Shown in pieces: positions 37,122 to 46,210 of a DNA stretch of 46,595 nt. Source of the DNA: Fimbriimonadales bacterium (GTDB lineage: Bacteria > Armatimonadota > Fimbriimonadia > Fimbriimonadales > JABRVX01); assembly GCA_045862955.1 (NCBI GenBank), contig BTVI01000025.1, positions 1-46,595 of the forward strand. The letters run 5' to 3'. The notes below the pieces were generated by a model. It was not told the DNA's origin. It searched no databases and saw nothing but the letters and a program-made list of their open reading frames with translations. A program made the translations under genes and the position numbers. Numbering within the stretch: position 1 is the first letter of the stretch; each line of letters opens with the position of its first letter.

Positions 37122-37208
37122 TGGTGCCGACCGGGGGACTCGAACCCCCAAGCCCTTGCGAGCACTGGCACCTGAAGCCAGCGTGTTTACCAATTTCACC
37201 AGGTCGGC
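37122..37208 (-). tRNA. trnL: tRNA-Leu (CAG)
   Basis: GCCGACCTGGTGAAATTGGTAAACACGCTGGCTTCAGGTGCCAGTGCTCGCAAGGGCTTGGGGGTTCGAGTCCCCCGGTCGGCACCA, 87 nt with long variable arm. Confidence 0.96.
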
Positions 37209-37346
37209 GGGACTTAAGAAGGTACCCGACGGCGCTGTGGTTGTCAAGTGGGAGCGCCTCATCGAGCCGCTGGTGCGAGGCTGGGGTACACTGCTCCCTC
37301 GGTGGGCTTCTCGCCGGCAGACGGCAGCCCATTGTGGGAGCGAGAT

Positions 37347-37601
37347 TTGGCACAATTCGTCTACACCTTTCTTCTGTGGGTCGACGTCGTCATCGCGGTG
37401 ATCTTCACCGTCCTGGTTACGTTCCAGGGCGCGAAGGCCGGGGGGCTAACGGGCGCTTCGGCTGCAGTCAGGACTACGTACAAGGGCAAGCCCGGTTTCG
37501 ATGACTTCATTTCCCGCATCACGCTGGGCACCGGCATCGCGTTCATGGTGGTGACGCTGGTGATGCAGGTCATCGCCGCACGCATCAAGCTCGGCGCCTA
37601 G
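37347..37601 (+). CDS. secG: Preprotein translocase subunit SecG
   Basis: Two TM helices flanking Q..K.GGL.G...D.F..R.T; next to tRNA-Leu; TTG after GGGAG. Confidence 0.8.
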   Translation: MAQFVYTFLLWVDVVIAVIFTVLVTFQGAKAGGLTGASAAVRTTYKGKPGFDDFISRITLGTGIAFMVVTLVMQVIAARIKLGA

Positions 37602-37680
37602 GCGCCCTCCACTCTTTCGAGGACTGCGGCCGTCGGGTTTGCCGCCTTGGGACTGCCGTTTGGGACTGCGCGAGCCCGCT

Positions 37681-38179
37681 CGCGCTTTCCGTGCCTAGAC
37701 GTTTCGGCTGCCGATTGCACCAAGCCGCACATCCATCGCCGTCCCAGCAGCCGAACGTCGAGGCTCGTCTCATGCCCCGGCGCGGTTTCCATGCCTAGAC
37801 GTCTCGGCTGCCGATTGCGCCAAACCGCACGTCCATCGCCATCCCAGCAGCCGAACGTCGAGGCATGGACCGAGTGCAGCGGCTAGCCCCGGTGGTAGCG
37901 CTTGCCGTTCGGCGACGCTTGCCAGCGCGTGATCTGGTACGGTCCGTGGCGAGCCCCGACCCCTCCCCTTGGACCGAAGCGGAAGGGGGAGGGTCTGCGA
38001 AGCTGGGGTGGGGGTCGTATGCCGGCCCTTCGGTTGGCGCGCACCCTCTGTGACTCGCTCGACTCACGCCCCGGTCTGGTTTCTGTGCCTCGACGTTCGG
38101 CTGCTGGGGACGGTCTAGAGCGCAAGCTTCCCGCGACCCGCAGCCGAAACATCGAGGCATGGAACGCGGGCCGGGGCAT
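37681..38179. repeat. Mosaic palindrome cluster: family C twice at 100-bp period (37692, 37792), family D (~37958-38015), and an inverted family C nested inside family A arms (38066-38179)
   Basis: Direct reading of inverted and direct repeats; same motifs as 148-450. Confidence 0.85.
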
Positions 38180-38223
38180 AGACCCTCTTTTTCGACCAAA
38201 CGGAGGAGCGGGAGGGGCAGGCG

Positions 38224-38403
38224 TCAGGCGGCGCGCTTGGTGGACTCGGCTTCTAGTCCGAACTGGTCGGGCCACTTGGCATCGGCCGAGGACATGGCAT
38301 CCGGCTCGTGGGTGGCCACGCGCGTCAGAATCAGATAGAAGATGAACGCCGTTAGGGCGTATAGGACTACGGCAACCATCATCGCGGCTTCACCAAGCCT
38401 CAT
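38224..38403 (-). CDS. Small single-TM protein (start at 38403 or 38382)
   Basis: MMVAVVLYALTAFIFYLILTR...ESTKRAA. Confidence 0.5.
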   Translation of the reverse strand: MRLGEAAMMVAVVLYALTAFIFYLILTRVATHEPDAMSSADAKWPDQFGLEAESTKRAA

Positions 38404-38438
38404 TGTCGGCCAAACGGCGCGCGGATTGGAGCTTGCGG

Positions 38439-39005
38439 TTACTCGTCCGGGTCGCGGCGGATGAGGGACAGGAACTCGTTTCGGGTCGCCGAGTCGTCGC
38501 GAAAGACGCCGATTACGTGGCTCGTCATCACGCTGGAGTGCTGCTTCTCGATGCCTCGTGCCATCATGCACAGGTGCCTTCCCTCGGCTACTACAGCCAC
38601 GCCCTCGGGCCGAATGGCGCGGTCTATGGCCTCGGCGATCTGGGTCGTCATACGCTCCTGAACCTGCAGCCGACGGGCGAACACGTCCACGACACGCCCG
38701 ATCTTGCTGAGGCCGATGATTTTCTCGCGCGGGATGTACCCCACGTGCACGCGGCCGAAGAAGGGCAGCAGATGGTGCTCGCACAGGCTGAAGTACTCGA
38801 CGTTCCGGACGATCACCATGCCGTCTCCCGTGGCCTCGAAGAAGGCGTCGTTGAGCACTTCGCGCAGGTCCATCGAGTAGCCGCGGGTGAGGTATCTCAT
38901 GGCCTCGGCGGCCCTGCCCGGGGTCAGCATTAGCCCCTCGCGCGACGGGTCCTCTCCTACCTCAGCCAGCAGATTGCGGTAGAGCTCTTCTAGTTTGTCT
39001 CCCAT
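38439..39005 (-). CDS. folE: GTP cyclohydrolase I
   Basis: GEDP.REGL..TP, SLCEHH.LPF.G, GLSK, RLQVQER, H.CM..RG. Confidence 0.96.
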   Translation of the reverse strand: MGDKLEELYRNLLAEVGEDPSREGLMLTPGRAAEAMRYLTRGYSMDLREVLNDAFFEATGDGMVIVRNVEYFSLCEHHLLPFFGRVHVGYIPREKIIGLSKIGRVVDVFARRLQVQERMTTQIAEAIDRAIRPEGVAVVAEGRHLCMMARGIEKQHSSVMTSHVIGVFRDDSATRNEFLSLIRRDPDE

Positions 39006-39006
39006 C

Positions 39007-39834
39007 TCACTCGTCCCCTACGTACTCGAAGAAGTTGTTCGGCGTCTCTTGGATGCCGACCTTGTGCAGCCTGCCCGGGACTTTCTCCACTAGGCGGTCC
39101 CATATCACCCTGCAAAGGTTTTCCGTGGTCGGTACCAGGTCGCGGAACTCGGGTACTTCCATGTTCAGGTGGCGGTGGTCCAGGGGTTCGACAACCTCGT
39201 CGTGGACGACGCGGTCCAGTTCATCCAGGTCCACCATCAGTCCTGTCACCGGATCGGGATCCCCGGCCACGGTGATCTCGAGCAGGTAGTTGTGCCCGTG
39301 ACCGTAGGGGTTGTTGCACGGGCCGAAGATGGCGGCGTTCTCTTCGTCGCTCAGGGCCGGGTTGTGCAGCCGATGTGCCGCGCAAAAGTCGTACCTCCGG
39401 GTCATCAGCATTTTCTCCTCCTCGTGCGGGTAGTAGTCGAGGGACAGGTGGGGCGACTCGGCTAGTCGAAGCCGAGTGATGGCAAGTGATCCTACATTCT
39501 CGGCGAGGCAGGCGTAGAGGTACGCGGCAAGGGCCTCGAGCGACGGAGGGCGTCGCTCGAACTCGGGCACCTGCTTGTTTAGCCACTTGCCGTTCAGCGG
39601 GTTCACCACGCGCTCGCGGAGCAGGGCGTCGAGGTCCGCCAGGTTTACCACCATTCCGGTGTGGGAGCTAACGTCGCCTTCGACGGTGATCTCGACGCGG
39701 TAGTCGTGACCGTGCGGCCAGGGCGACGCCGTGGAGCCGAAGACGGCGCGGTTGTCTGACTCGCTAAGCGCATCGAGCCAGAAGTTGTGGGCCGCGCTGA
39801 AGTGCGCAGCACGTGTAACGCGGTGACTTGCCAT
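39007..39834 (-). CDS. Tandem-domain 6-pyruvoyl-tetrahydropterin synthase (PTPS-II-type C-terminal domain)
   Basis: Two T-fold domains: FSAAH...SPWPHGHDY (no Cys) and FCAAH...CNNPYGHGHNY, with DH..LN, TTEN, ET. Confidence 0.9.
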   Translation of the reverse strand: MASHRVTRAAHFSAAHNFWLDALSESDNRAVFGSTASPWPHGHDYRVEITVEGDVSSHTGMVVNLADLDALLRERVVNPLNGKWLNKQVPEFERRPPSLEALAAYLYACLAENVGSLAITRLRLAESPHLSLDYYPHEEEKMLMTRRYDFCAAHRLHNPALSDEENAAIFGPCNNPYGHGHNYLLEITVAGDPDPVTGLMVDLDELDRVVHDEVVEPLDHRHLNMEVPEFRDLVPTTENLCRVIWDRLVEKVPGRLHKVGIQETPNNFFEYVGDE

Positions 39835-39937
39835 TAAGAGAGCCTCGAACGCGGGCGGCGACTGATCGCGCGGCTTGCTTTCTTTCTTTTATTATGCTAA
39901 ATATTGTGTATCGTTCGCGAAGAGGAGGGCGACCACC

Positions 39938-40654
39938 GTGTACATCGAGCAGGACTACAGCGCGTACACCGACACACACCACCGCACTTGGGCTACGCTT
40001 TTCAAGCGCCGAATGGAGACGCTTCCGGACCAAGCGTGCTCTGCGTTCCTGCGGGGCCTCGAGATCATCGGCTTCGACCCGATGCATATGCCGCGGATCG
40101 ACGACGTGAATGCGAAGTTGGAGCCGTTGACCGGTTGGCAAGCTGCGCCCGTCGGCGGGTACCTCCCCGCGAAGGAGTTCTTCACGTCGCTCTCTGTTCG
40201 CAAGTTCCCCACCACCATCAGCATCCGCCCTGAGGAGCAGCTCGACTACCTGCCGGAACCCGACATGTTCCACGACGTGTTCGGGCACGTGCCGATGCAC
40301 ACGGACCCCGTTTTCGCAGACTTCCTGCAGAAGTTCGGCGAGCTGGGCATGGGCGACCTGAGCGAGGAAGAGCGGACGCGACTGGCGCGGCTGTTCTGGT
40401 TCACGGTCGAGTTCGGCCTGATTTCCGAGGGCGGGCGGATCAAGATATATGGATCCGGGCTTTGCTCTTCGCCTGGCGAGGGAGCGCACTCTCTGACCGA
40501 CGCGGTGGAGAAGCTACCGTTCGACGCGGAGCGCGTGATGAACCAGCCGTTCGAGATTGACCACTATCAGCCGCTGCTCTTCGTCGTCGATTCCTTCGAG
40601 CAGGTGTACGAGGCTCTGGAGAAGCAGCTGGCGCGGTTGTCAGCCGCACACTAG
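39938..40654 (+). CDS. phhA: Phenylalanine 4-monooxygenase
   Basis: LDYLPEPD.FHDVFGHVP, W.TVEFGL, YG.G..SS.GE, D.YQ; GTG after AGGAGG. Confidence 0.93.
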   Translation: MYIEQDYSAYTDTHHRTWATLFKRRMETLPDQACSAFLRGLEIIGFDPMHMPRIDDVNAKLEPLTGWQAAPVGGYLPAKEFFTSLSVRKFPTTISIRPEEQLDYLPEPDMFHDVFGHVPMHTDPVFADFLQKFGELGMGDLSEEERTRLARLFWFTVEFGLISEGGRIKIYGSGLCSSPGEGAHSLTDAVEKLPFDAERVMNQPFEIDHYQPLLFVVDSFEQVYEALEKQLARLSAAH

Positions 40655-40657
40655 CCG

Positions 40658-40987
40658 CTACAGCTTGCCGAGGTAGACGAAGCAGCGGACAACGGCCCAA
40701 CCGAGCGGCACCATGAGTATGCCCAGGGCGAGCCAGTTGACGATCTCGACGGGCAGCAGAAAGGCGAGTGGGAGCCCCAGTAGGGAGAGTGCAGCCGTCG
40801 CGGTTCCCGCTGCCGCCAGCGCCCGACCGGCATAACGATTGGCCGGGTACCACACGTCGTCCGACGACAGTGTTTTGGGTGTGCGGAACCCATACCACAT
40901 ATTGCGCTTGACGCGCCCCGCCGCGAGTGGAAGGCCAACGAGGCCGATCAGCACTCCGAAAGCCGCCGTAAGAAGCATCATTCCCAT
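40658..40987 (-). CDS. SdpI-family membrane protein
   Basis: N.WYGFRT..TL.....W..AN...G motif; three TM helices. Confidence 0.85.
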   Translation of the reverse strand: MGMMLLTAAFGVLIGLVGLPLAAGRVKRNMWYGFRTPKTLSSDDVWYPANRYAGRALAAAGTATAALSLLGLPLAFLLPVEIVNWLALGILMVPLGWAVVRCFVYLGKL

Positions 40988-41218
40988 GGCCGTTCTCCTC
41001 GGTAGAGAGACGGAACCGTCCCCTGATGCGCCTACGTGCGAGCCTGAACCCGCGTTGCACGTGCACCAGATGTTAGGGGATTGTTAGCTTTCGACTGCGA
41101 GCCCGTCAATCTGCCGGCAAGCGGGCTTGGACCGATGACGAGACGCCGTATCAGAGGCCATACTATCAGCAGCGCCGGAAAAGGCGCAGTCTTCTTTGGA
41201 CAGTTCATGGAGGACGAA

Positions 41219-42607
41219 ATGAGGGCTCGTCGGATTCTCGCAGTGCTTCTCGCGCTCGTCTCTATAGCCGTCTCGGCTTGGGCGACTCAGGTCAAGATTC
41301 TGGACTGGAATATCAAGCGAGCGGTGGGCGCAAACAACCCGAACTCGGGTGCTCAGCCGTATCTGGCACGCATCGTCAACTACTTGGATCCCGATATTTG
41401 GCTGATCCAGGAGCTCGGGGGCAACACCTCGGGCTGGAACTGGGTCAACCAGCGTGCTGCTCTGGACACTTTCATCCAAACGTATCTCACTATTTACGGA
41501 CCCTCGCCGCAGCGGGACGTGAACTACTACGTGTATGTCAACACCCGTTCGGACGGCTACACGAGCTGTGCCGTGGTCAGCAAGTACCCGTTTTTCTCTG
41601 CGACCGACGTGTACATCGGCTCTCCCGGGCGTGGGTTCACCTCTACGCGCATCAACGTTCCCGGGACCAACGGGCTACTGGTATTTACCGGCCACTTCGA
41701 CTCGGGTGGGACTACCAGCGATGCTCAAAACCGACAGGTTAACGCCGAAGGCGCTCGCGATACGGTGAACTACATGGCCTCTATCTACCCGGGGAGCGCG
41801 ATCGTCTTGACCGGCGACTTCAACGAGAACGAGGATGCCGACCTTCCCAAGGTGTATCCGCTCGGCACCAACCTTCCCAATGGCCATGCCTACTGGCCCA
41901 TCACTACAGTGCTGCAGACGCCGACCTACGACCTCGTACCGCTGCAGCCATTCGGGGACAAGCGAACCTGGCGTTCCACCACCCCATCGCAGCGATTCGA
42001 CTACATCATGGTCTCGTCGAACAACGGGGTCCGGGACAACCTGACGGTACTAAGCAAGGGCGTGTTCAACAGTGCGCAGAACACCCCGCCTGGCGTTTTC
42101 GCGGGAGACAGCGCGAACGCTTCGGACCATCACGCCGTGTGGGCAGTGCTGGACGTGAACGCGGGAGCCGGCCTGGCCACCGTGACCGGACGCGTGACAT
42201 TGGAGAGCTACGCGGGTCCCGCCGGTCTGTCGGCCCTGGTGCAGTTCCGCGCCCCCGGGACGCAGACGGTTCTCCATTCCGACCTAGCCACACTGAACGC
42301 ATCGGGTGACTACAGCCTAAACGGAGTGCCCGCGGGCACCTACGACATCGCTGTCAAGTTCCCGAACTGGCTGAGGCAGGTGCTGCCGAGTCGTACCATC
42401 ACCGGACCGACGACGACCGGAGTGGACTTCACCCTGCCCAACGGAGACGCAGACGGCAATAACTCGGTGGAGCTCGCCGATCTGAATGCGGTGCTCACCT
42501 ATTTCGGCAACCCGGGTGGAACGGGTGACCTCACCTGGAACGGCTCCGTGGACCTGGTGGACTTGAATATCGTGCTGACGAACTTCGGATTGCAGGGCGA
42601 TCTATAG
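41219..42607 (+). CDS. Secreted endonuclease/exonuclease/phosphatase (EEP) protein with a beta-sandwich and dockerin-like C-terminus
   Basis: Signal peptide; WNI, IQE, GDFN, FDYI, SDH; terminal GDADGNNSV...D and GDL..NG.VD..D repeats. Confidence 0.85.
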   Translation: MRARRILAVLLALVSIAVSAWATQVKILDWNIKRAVGANNPNSGAQPYLARIVNYLDPDIWLIQELGGNTSGWNWVNQRAALDTFIQTYLTIYGPSPQRDVNYYVYVNTRSDGYTSCAVVSKYPFFSATDVYIGSPGRGFTSTRINVPGTNGLLVFTGHFDSGGTTSDAQNRQVNAEGARDTVNYMASIYPGSAIVLTGDFNENEDADLPKVYPLGTNLPNGHAYWPITTVLQTPTYDLVPLQPFGDKRTWRSTTPSQRFDYIMVSSNNGVRDNLTVLSKGVFNSAQNTPPGVFAGDSANASDHHAVWAVLDVNAGAGLATVTGRVTLESYAGPAGLSALVQFRAPGTQTVLHSDLATLNASGDYSLNGVPAGTYDIAVKFPNWLRQVLPSRTITGPTTTGVDFTLPNGDADGNNSVELADLNAVLTYFGNPGGTGDLTWNGSVDLVDLNIVLTNFGLQGDL

Positions 42608-45600
42608 GCTTTCGCGCTCGCGCAGTAGCCGAAGCTTGGCTTGGACCCTGATCTTGTCGCCCGTGGCGAGACGGGTCCCTTCGCCATAGTTCTGGACCCA
42701 CTCCCCGAGGCGCGCACCGGTACCACCTGTCCACTGAAGTATGTGCAAGTCGATTCGGTCGGGCTCGACGGCGGCGCGGACCGATTGGGTGCCATCCGAC
42801 AACAGCGTGACGCCCCTGCCCGCCTCGGCATGCAGCGAAGCCCAGTACACGTTGCGCTTGGTGGAGCGGAAGTCGTTGCACCCCAGCGGGGTGTTGTCCC
42901 AGGCCCATGGCCTCTGCGGCGGCACGCCGTCGCCACCCTTGCGGAAGGCCGGCGACGAACCACGCGGCCGGCCGATGTGGTCCTGCGGGTAGTCTGTCCA
43001 CTCGGCCCTGCGCTCCCAATCCAACGTGTCGCAGTCGCGAGGGACGGACAGGCGCAAGCCCACCTCACGGGCTAACATCTCGGCACCCGAGTAGGTGAAC
43101 TCGGCGGAGCATTCGATGTCGCCGCTAGGCAGCACGAGATACTCGTAGCTACCGCTGAAGTCCGGATACTCCCCCTCGATTCGAATCCGCACTCCAGCCC
43201 CTTCCTGCGCCAGGCTCAGGTTGGAGAGTCGCCACGAATAACTGTCCGGCACTGGTGCGAGGGGCCTTCCAGACGGTAGCACGTGAAGGGCTGGAAGCTC
43301 TAGCATCACTGTCTCGCCGTCCACTGTACAGCGTCTGACGCGTCCACCCACGTAACCGTATGCACCAGGCGCACCCTTGCCTATCGCGAGATCGAACCCC
43401 TCGCCGGTAATGCGGTACGAGTCGCTATTCAGTGCGGCCTCTTCCGTCAGTGACAGGCGCTCGCCGAAGCCGCGCGTCGTCGGAGGCTTCGGCGTTGCCG
43501 CTCCGCCAACGGTGAGCGTGACCCGGTCTACCTCTACCGAGTCCTTTGTGAACGCGATGGTGATCGTCTCTCCCTCTTTCGGGCGCCGTGGCAGGTTTGC
43601 ACTGATTCGTCCGCGAGAGCGAGCAGGCAGATGATGAGTAGCTGTGACAACGTCCTCCCCCACCTGCCAACGGACTGTCAGCTCGGAGAGGTCGGTGAAG
43701 TCATACCGGTTTTCCACCTCGACTTCGACGCGGTTGCCTTCTGCCAGGTGCGGGCCGCCGAGGACGGCGATGGGTGAGTGGAGCTTTCGCGTGTGAAAGA
43801 ACTCCGGCTTCTCGCGCCGCCACCCGTCCACGACTCCCCACGGGGCGTCGCCGACGATGCCGCGCCCGGGCATCTTGTAGTCTGCATCGAGGAACAGCGT
43901 GGGAGGAGCGCCTCGACCATACTCGTAGCCGCGCCCCGGCACGCATGTTAGGTCGTCGGACCAACACCAGATGAAGGATCCCTGAGTCGTCTTGCTTTCC
44001 TGGAAGCGACGCATCACCTCGATCAGGGGTACCGTGTAGAGGTCGCGCAGCCCCGGGTCAATCCAGAGTTCCCCTGCATCGCCCCAGATGCCCTGGAAGA
44101 TGCAGAGGCTCTCGTCGAAGAAGAGTGGCAAGTCACGCCCTTCGTGCTCTTCGATGCGCTGGACGCTCATCGGGTTGTGCAGGGTAGCGATCTCGAGGTC
44201 GGCGCTGGTAGCCGCACCGCATGGGCGAGTGGGGTCCCACTTCTTCACCCATTCGTGAGCGCGCTCGAAGGCCCAGCCGAACCGGCTCTCGTTGCAAAGG
44301 GACCACATGAAGACGGATGGGTGATTCCGGTCGCGAGCGACCATCTCCGCCTCGAGCTGCAGAATACGTGGAGCGAGGCGCAGGTCGTCTGCGGCACCCA
44401 CCCAGCAGAAGGGTGCCTCAGCCTCTACGTACAGACCCAGTCGGTCCGCGATGAATGGGAGGGATGGTACGGGTGGGTAGTGTGAGGTGCGGACCGCGTT
44501 CAGGTTCGCCTGCTTCATCATGGTGAGGTCGCGTTCCGTGAGATCCTCGGTGACGGCGCGGCCCATCAGTGGGTGCTGGTCGTGATGGCAGGTTCCCTTG
44601 AATTTCACGGGCCTCCCGTTGATGAGTACCTCAGAGCCTCTCACCTCGGTTTGGCGGAAGCCGAACGGGATGTCGGTATGCGTTTCTCCGGGGCTCGAGG
44701 TGGCACGAAGCTTGTATAGGTATGGGTGCTCGGCGTCCCACTTGCGGGGCGCGCGAACGGGAATGCGGAACGTGGCTTCGGCTGTTCCCCAAGCAGCTAG
44801 CGTTAGTACCTCGGAATTAGCGCTGGTAGCCACTTCGGCGCCTCGTGCATCGAGCAAGGTGAGGGCGACCGTAGCCTTCGATTGAGCCGGCGAAGCATTG
44901 ACGAGGGCCACGCGCGCAATCACGGTTGCGTCTCGGTATGCATCATCGAACTCGGTGTGTGCTTCGATCCGGATGACGTGCACCTCCGGTACCCGGAAGA
45001 GCGAGACGCTGCGATAGATCCCTCCGAGCGGATAGCTCGCGTAGTAGCTCATGTGGTCCAGCTGGTCCGAGCAGGGTGTGTGCTCGGTTGCGCGCACTGC
45101 AATTAGGTTCTCTCCCTCGTGCACCGCCTCGGTGATGTCCGCTTCGAAGGGAGTAGCTCCTCCATCGTGCCTGGCGACGAGGGTGCCGTTGATCCACACC
45201 TCCGCACCGCTGTACACGCCCTCGAACCTCAGCTTCAGCCGCCCCTCGCCGCCGGGCGCACGAAAAGTCCTGCGGTAGCCTCCGACACCGGTCATCGGGT
45301 TGAAGCCCTTCATCACCCAGTGAGAGGGGGTCTGGATGTCCGACCACTTCGCGTCGTCGAACGACTCCTCCCAGAAGCCTTCGGGAGGATCGGGACAGAA
45401 GCGCCACGTGCCGTCGAGGGTGGCAACGCCGGAGGCGGGTAGCGGCGTCAATCCGTACTGGAAGTCGAGCGAGTCGAAAGACTGTTGGCGGCTGATACCC
45501 TGGTCGCGCACGGTGACCGTGATCGGTCCGCTCATGTGATATGGCATGGGTGCGGTGAAGATGCCGTGTTCGTCGGCGGTAGTCTGGTGCCGCCACGAAC

Positions 45601-46192
45601 CGTCCTTGCCGCCGCCGGTTAGGGTGACCTCGGCTCCCGGCACGGGCATCGCGCCGAGCGAGTCGGAGACAACGCCGACGAAATTGCCACGCAGGTCTGA
45701 GCCCAGATATGCCTGGACGGGGATTGCCATCGGGTCCGAGAAGACCTGAACCTCCGTGAAGCTGGGGCCGTGCGTGATGTTGGCGATGCGCAGCCTGCGA
45801 GTGGCCACGGGTTCGCACCGAATCACTACCACGCGTGGCAGGCTGTGGCCCTCCCGTCCTACGTGGCGAAGAGTGCGCCACGTGCTCTTTTCCTCGTCCC
45901 ACGCTTGCAGGTCCAATTCCCATACATACCGATCGTGTTGGTGGATTACCACCTGTGCGACCGTAACTTCGGAGGGCCATTCGAGTTGGTACCACACGCC
46001 TTCGTTGTGTCCCGGAATGGCCGACCAACGCGACTCCAATACGCCGTCGTTAGCTTTCTGCGGTGCTAGGTCCAGATACGTTTCCGAGGCGCTAGCAGTC
46101 GCCGAGCGCGCGAGGTTATCTTGTGCGAGTGCCGAGCACACAGCGATGACTCCTCCTACTACGAGCACGAGTAACTTCCCATTGACCACCAA
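42602..46192 (-). CDS. Secreted glycoside hydrolase family 2 with N-terminal F5/8-type-C (discoidin) domain
   Basis: A.AS...A.DG...RW; FEGV, GGIYR.V, FGFR, NAVRTSHYP, NHPS..MWS..NE; start may be GTG 46189. Confidence 0.9.
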   Translation of the reverse strand: MVVNGKLLVLVVGGVIAVCSALAQDNLARSATASASETYLDLAPQKANDGVLESRWSAIPGHNEGVWYQLEWPSEVTVAQVVIHQHDRYVWELDLQAWDEEKSTWRTLRHVGREGHSLPRVVVIRCEPVATRRLRIANITHGPSFTEVQVFSDPMAIPVQAYLGSDLRGNFVGVVSDSLGAMPVPGAEVTLTGGGKDGSWRHQTTADEHGIFTAPMPYHMSGPITVTVRDQGISRQQSFDSLDFQYGLTPLPASGVATLDGTWRFCPDPPEGFWEESFDDAKWSDIQTPSHWVMKGFNPMTGVGGYRRTFRAPGGEGRLKLRFEGVYSGAEVWINGTLVARHDGGATPFEADITEAVHEGENLIAVRATEHTPCSDQLDHMSYYASYPLGGIYRSVSLFRVPEVHVIRIEAHTEFDDAYRDATVIARVALVNASPAQSKATVALTLLDARGAEVATSANSEVLTLAAWGTAEATFRIPVRAPRKWDAEHPYLYKLRATSSPGETHTDIPFGFRQTEVRGSEVLINGRPVKFKGTCHHDQHPLMGRAVTEDLTERDLTMMKQANLNAVRTSHYPPVPSLPFIADRLGLYVEAEAPFCWVGAADDLRLAPRILQLEAEMVARDRNHPSVFMWSLCNESRFGWAFERAHEWVKKWDPTRPCGAATSADLEIATLHNPMSVQRIEEHEGRDLPLFFDESLCIFQGIWGDAGELWIDPGLRDLYTVPLIEVMRRFQESKTTQGSFIWCWSDDLTCVPGRGYEYGRGAPPTLFLDADYKMPGRGIVGDAPWGVVDGWRREKPEFFHTRKLHSPIAVLGGPHLAEGNRVEVEVENRYDFTDLSELTVRWQVGEDVVTATHHLPARSRGRISANLPRRPKEGETITIAFTKDSVEVDRVTLTVGGAATPKPPTTRGFGERLSLTEEAALNSDSYRITGEGFDLAIGKGAPGAYGYVGGRVRRCTVDGETVMLELPALHVLPSGRPLAPVPDSYSWRLSNLSLAQEGAGVRIRIEGEYPDFSGSYEYLVLPSGDIECSAEFTYSGAEMLAREVGLRLSVPRDCDTLDWERRAEWTDYPQDHIGRPRGSSPAFRKGGDGVPPQRPWAWDNTPLGCNDFRSTKRNVYWASLHAEAGRGVTLLSDGTQSVRAAVEPDRIDLHILQWTGGTGARLGEWVQNYGEGTRLATGDKIRVQAKLRLLRERESL

Positions 46193-46210
46193 TCTCTTCT
46201 CCTCCGCCCT

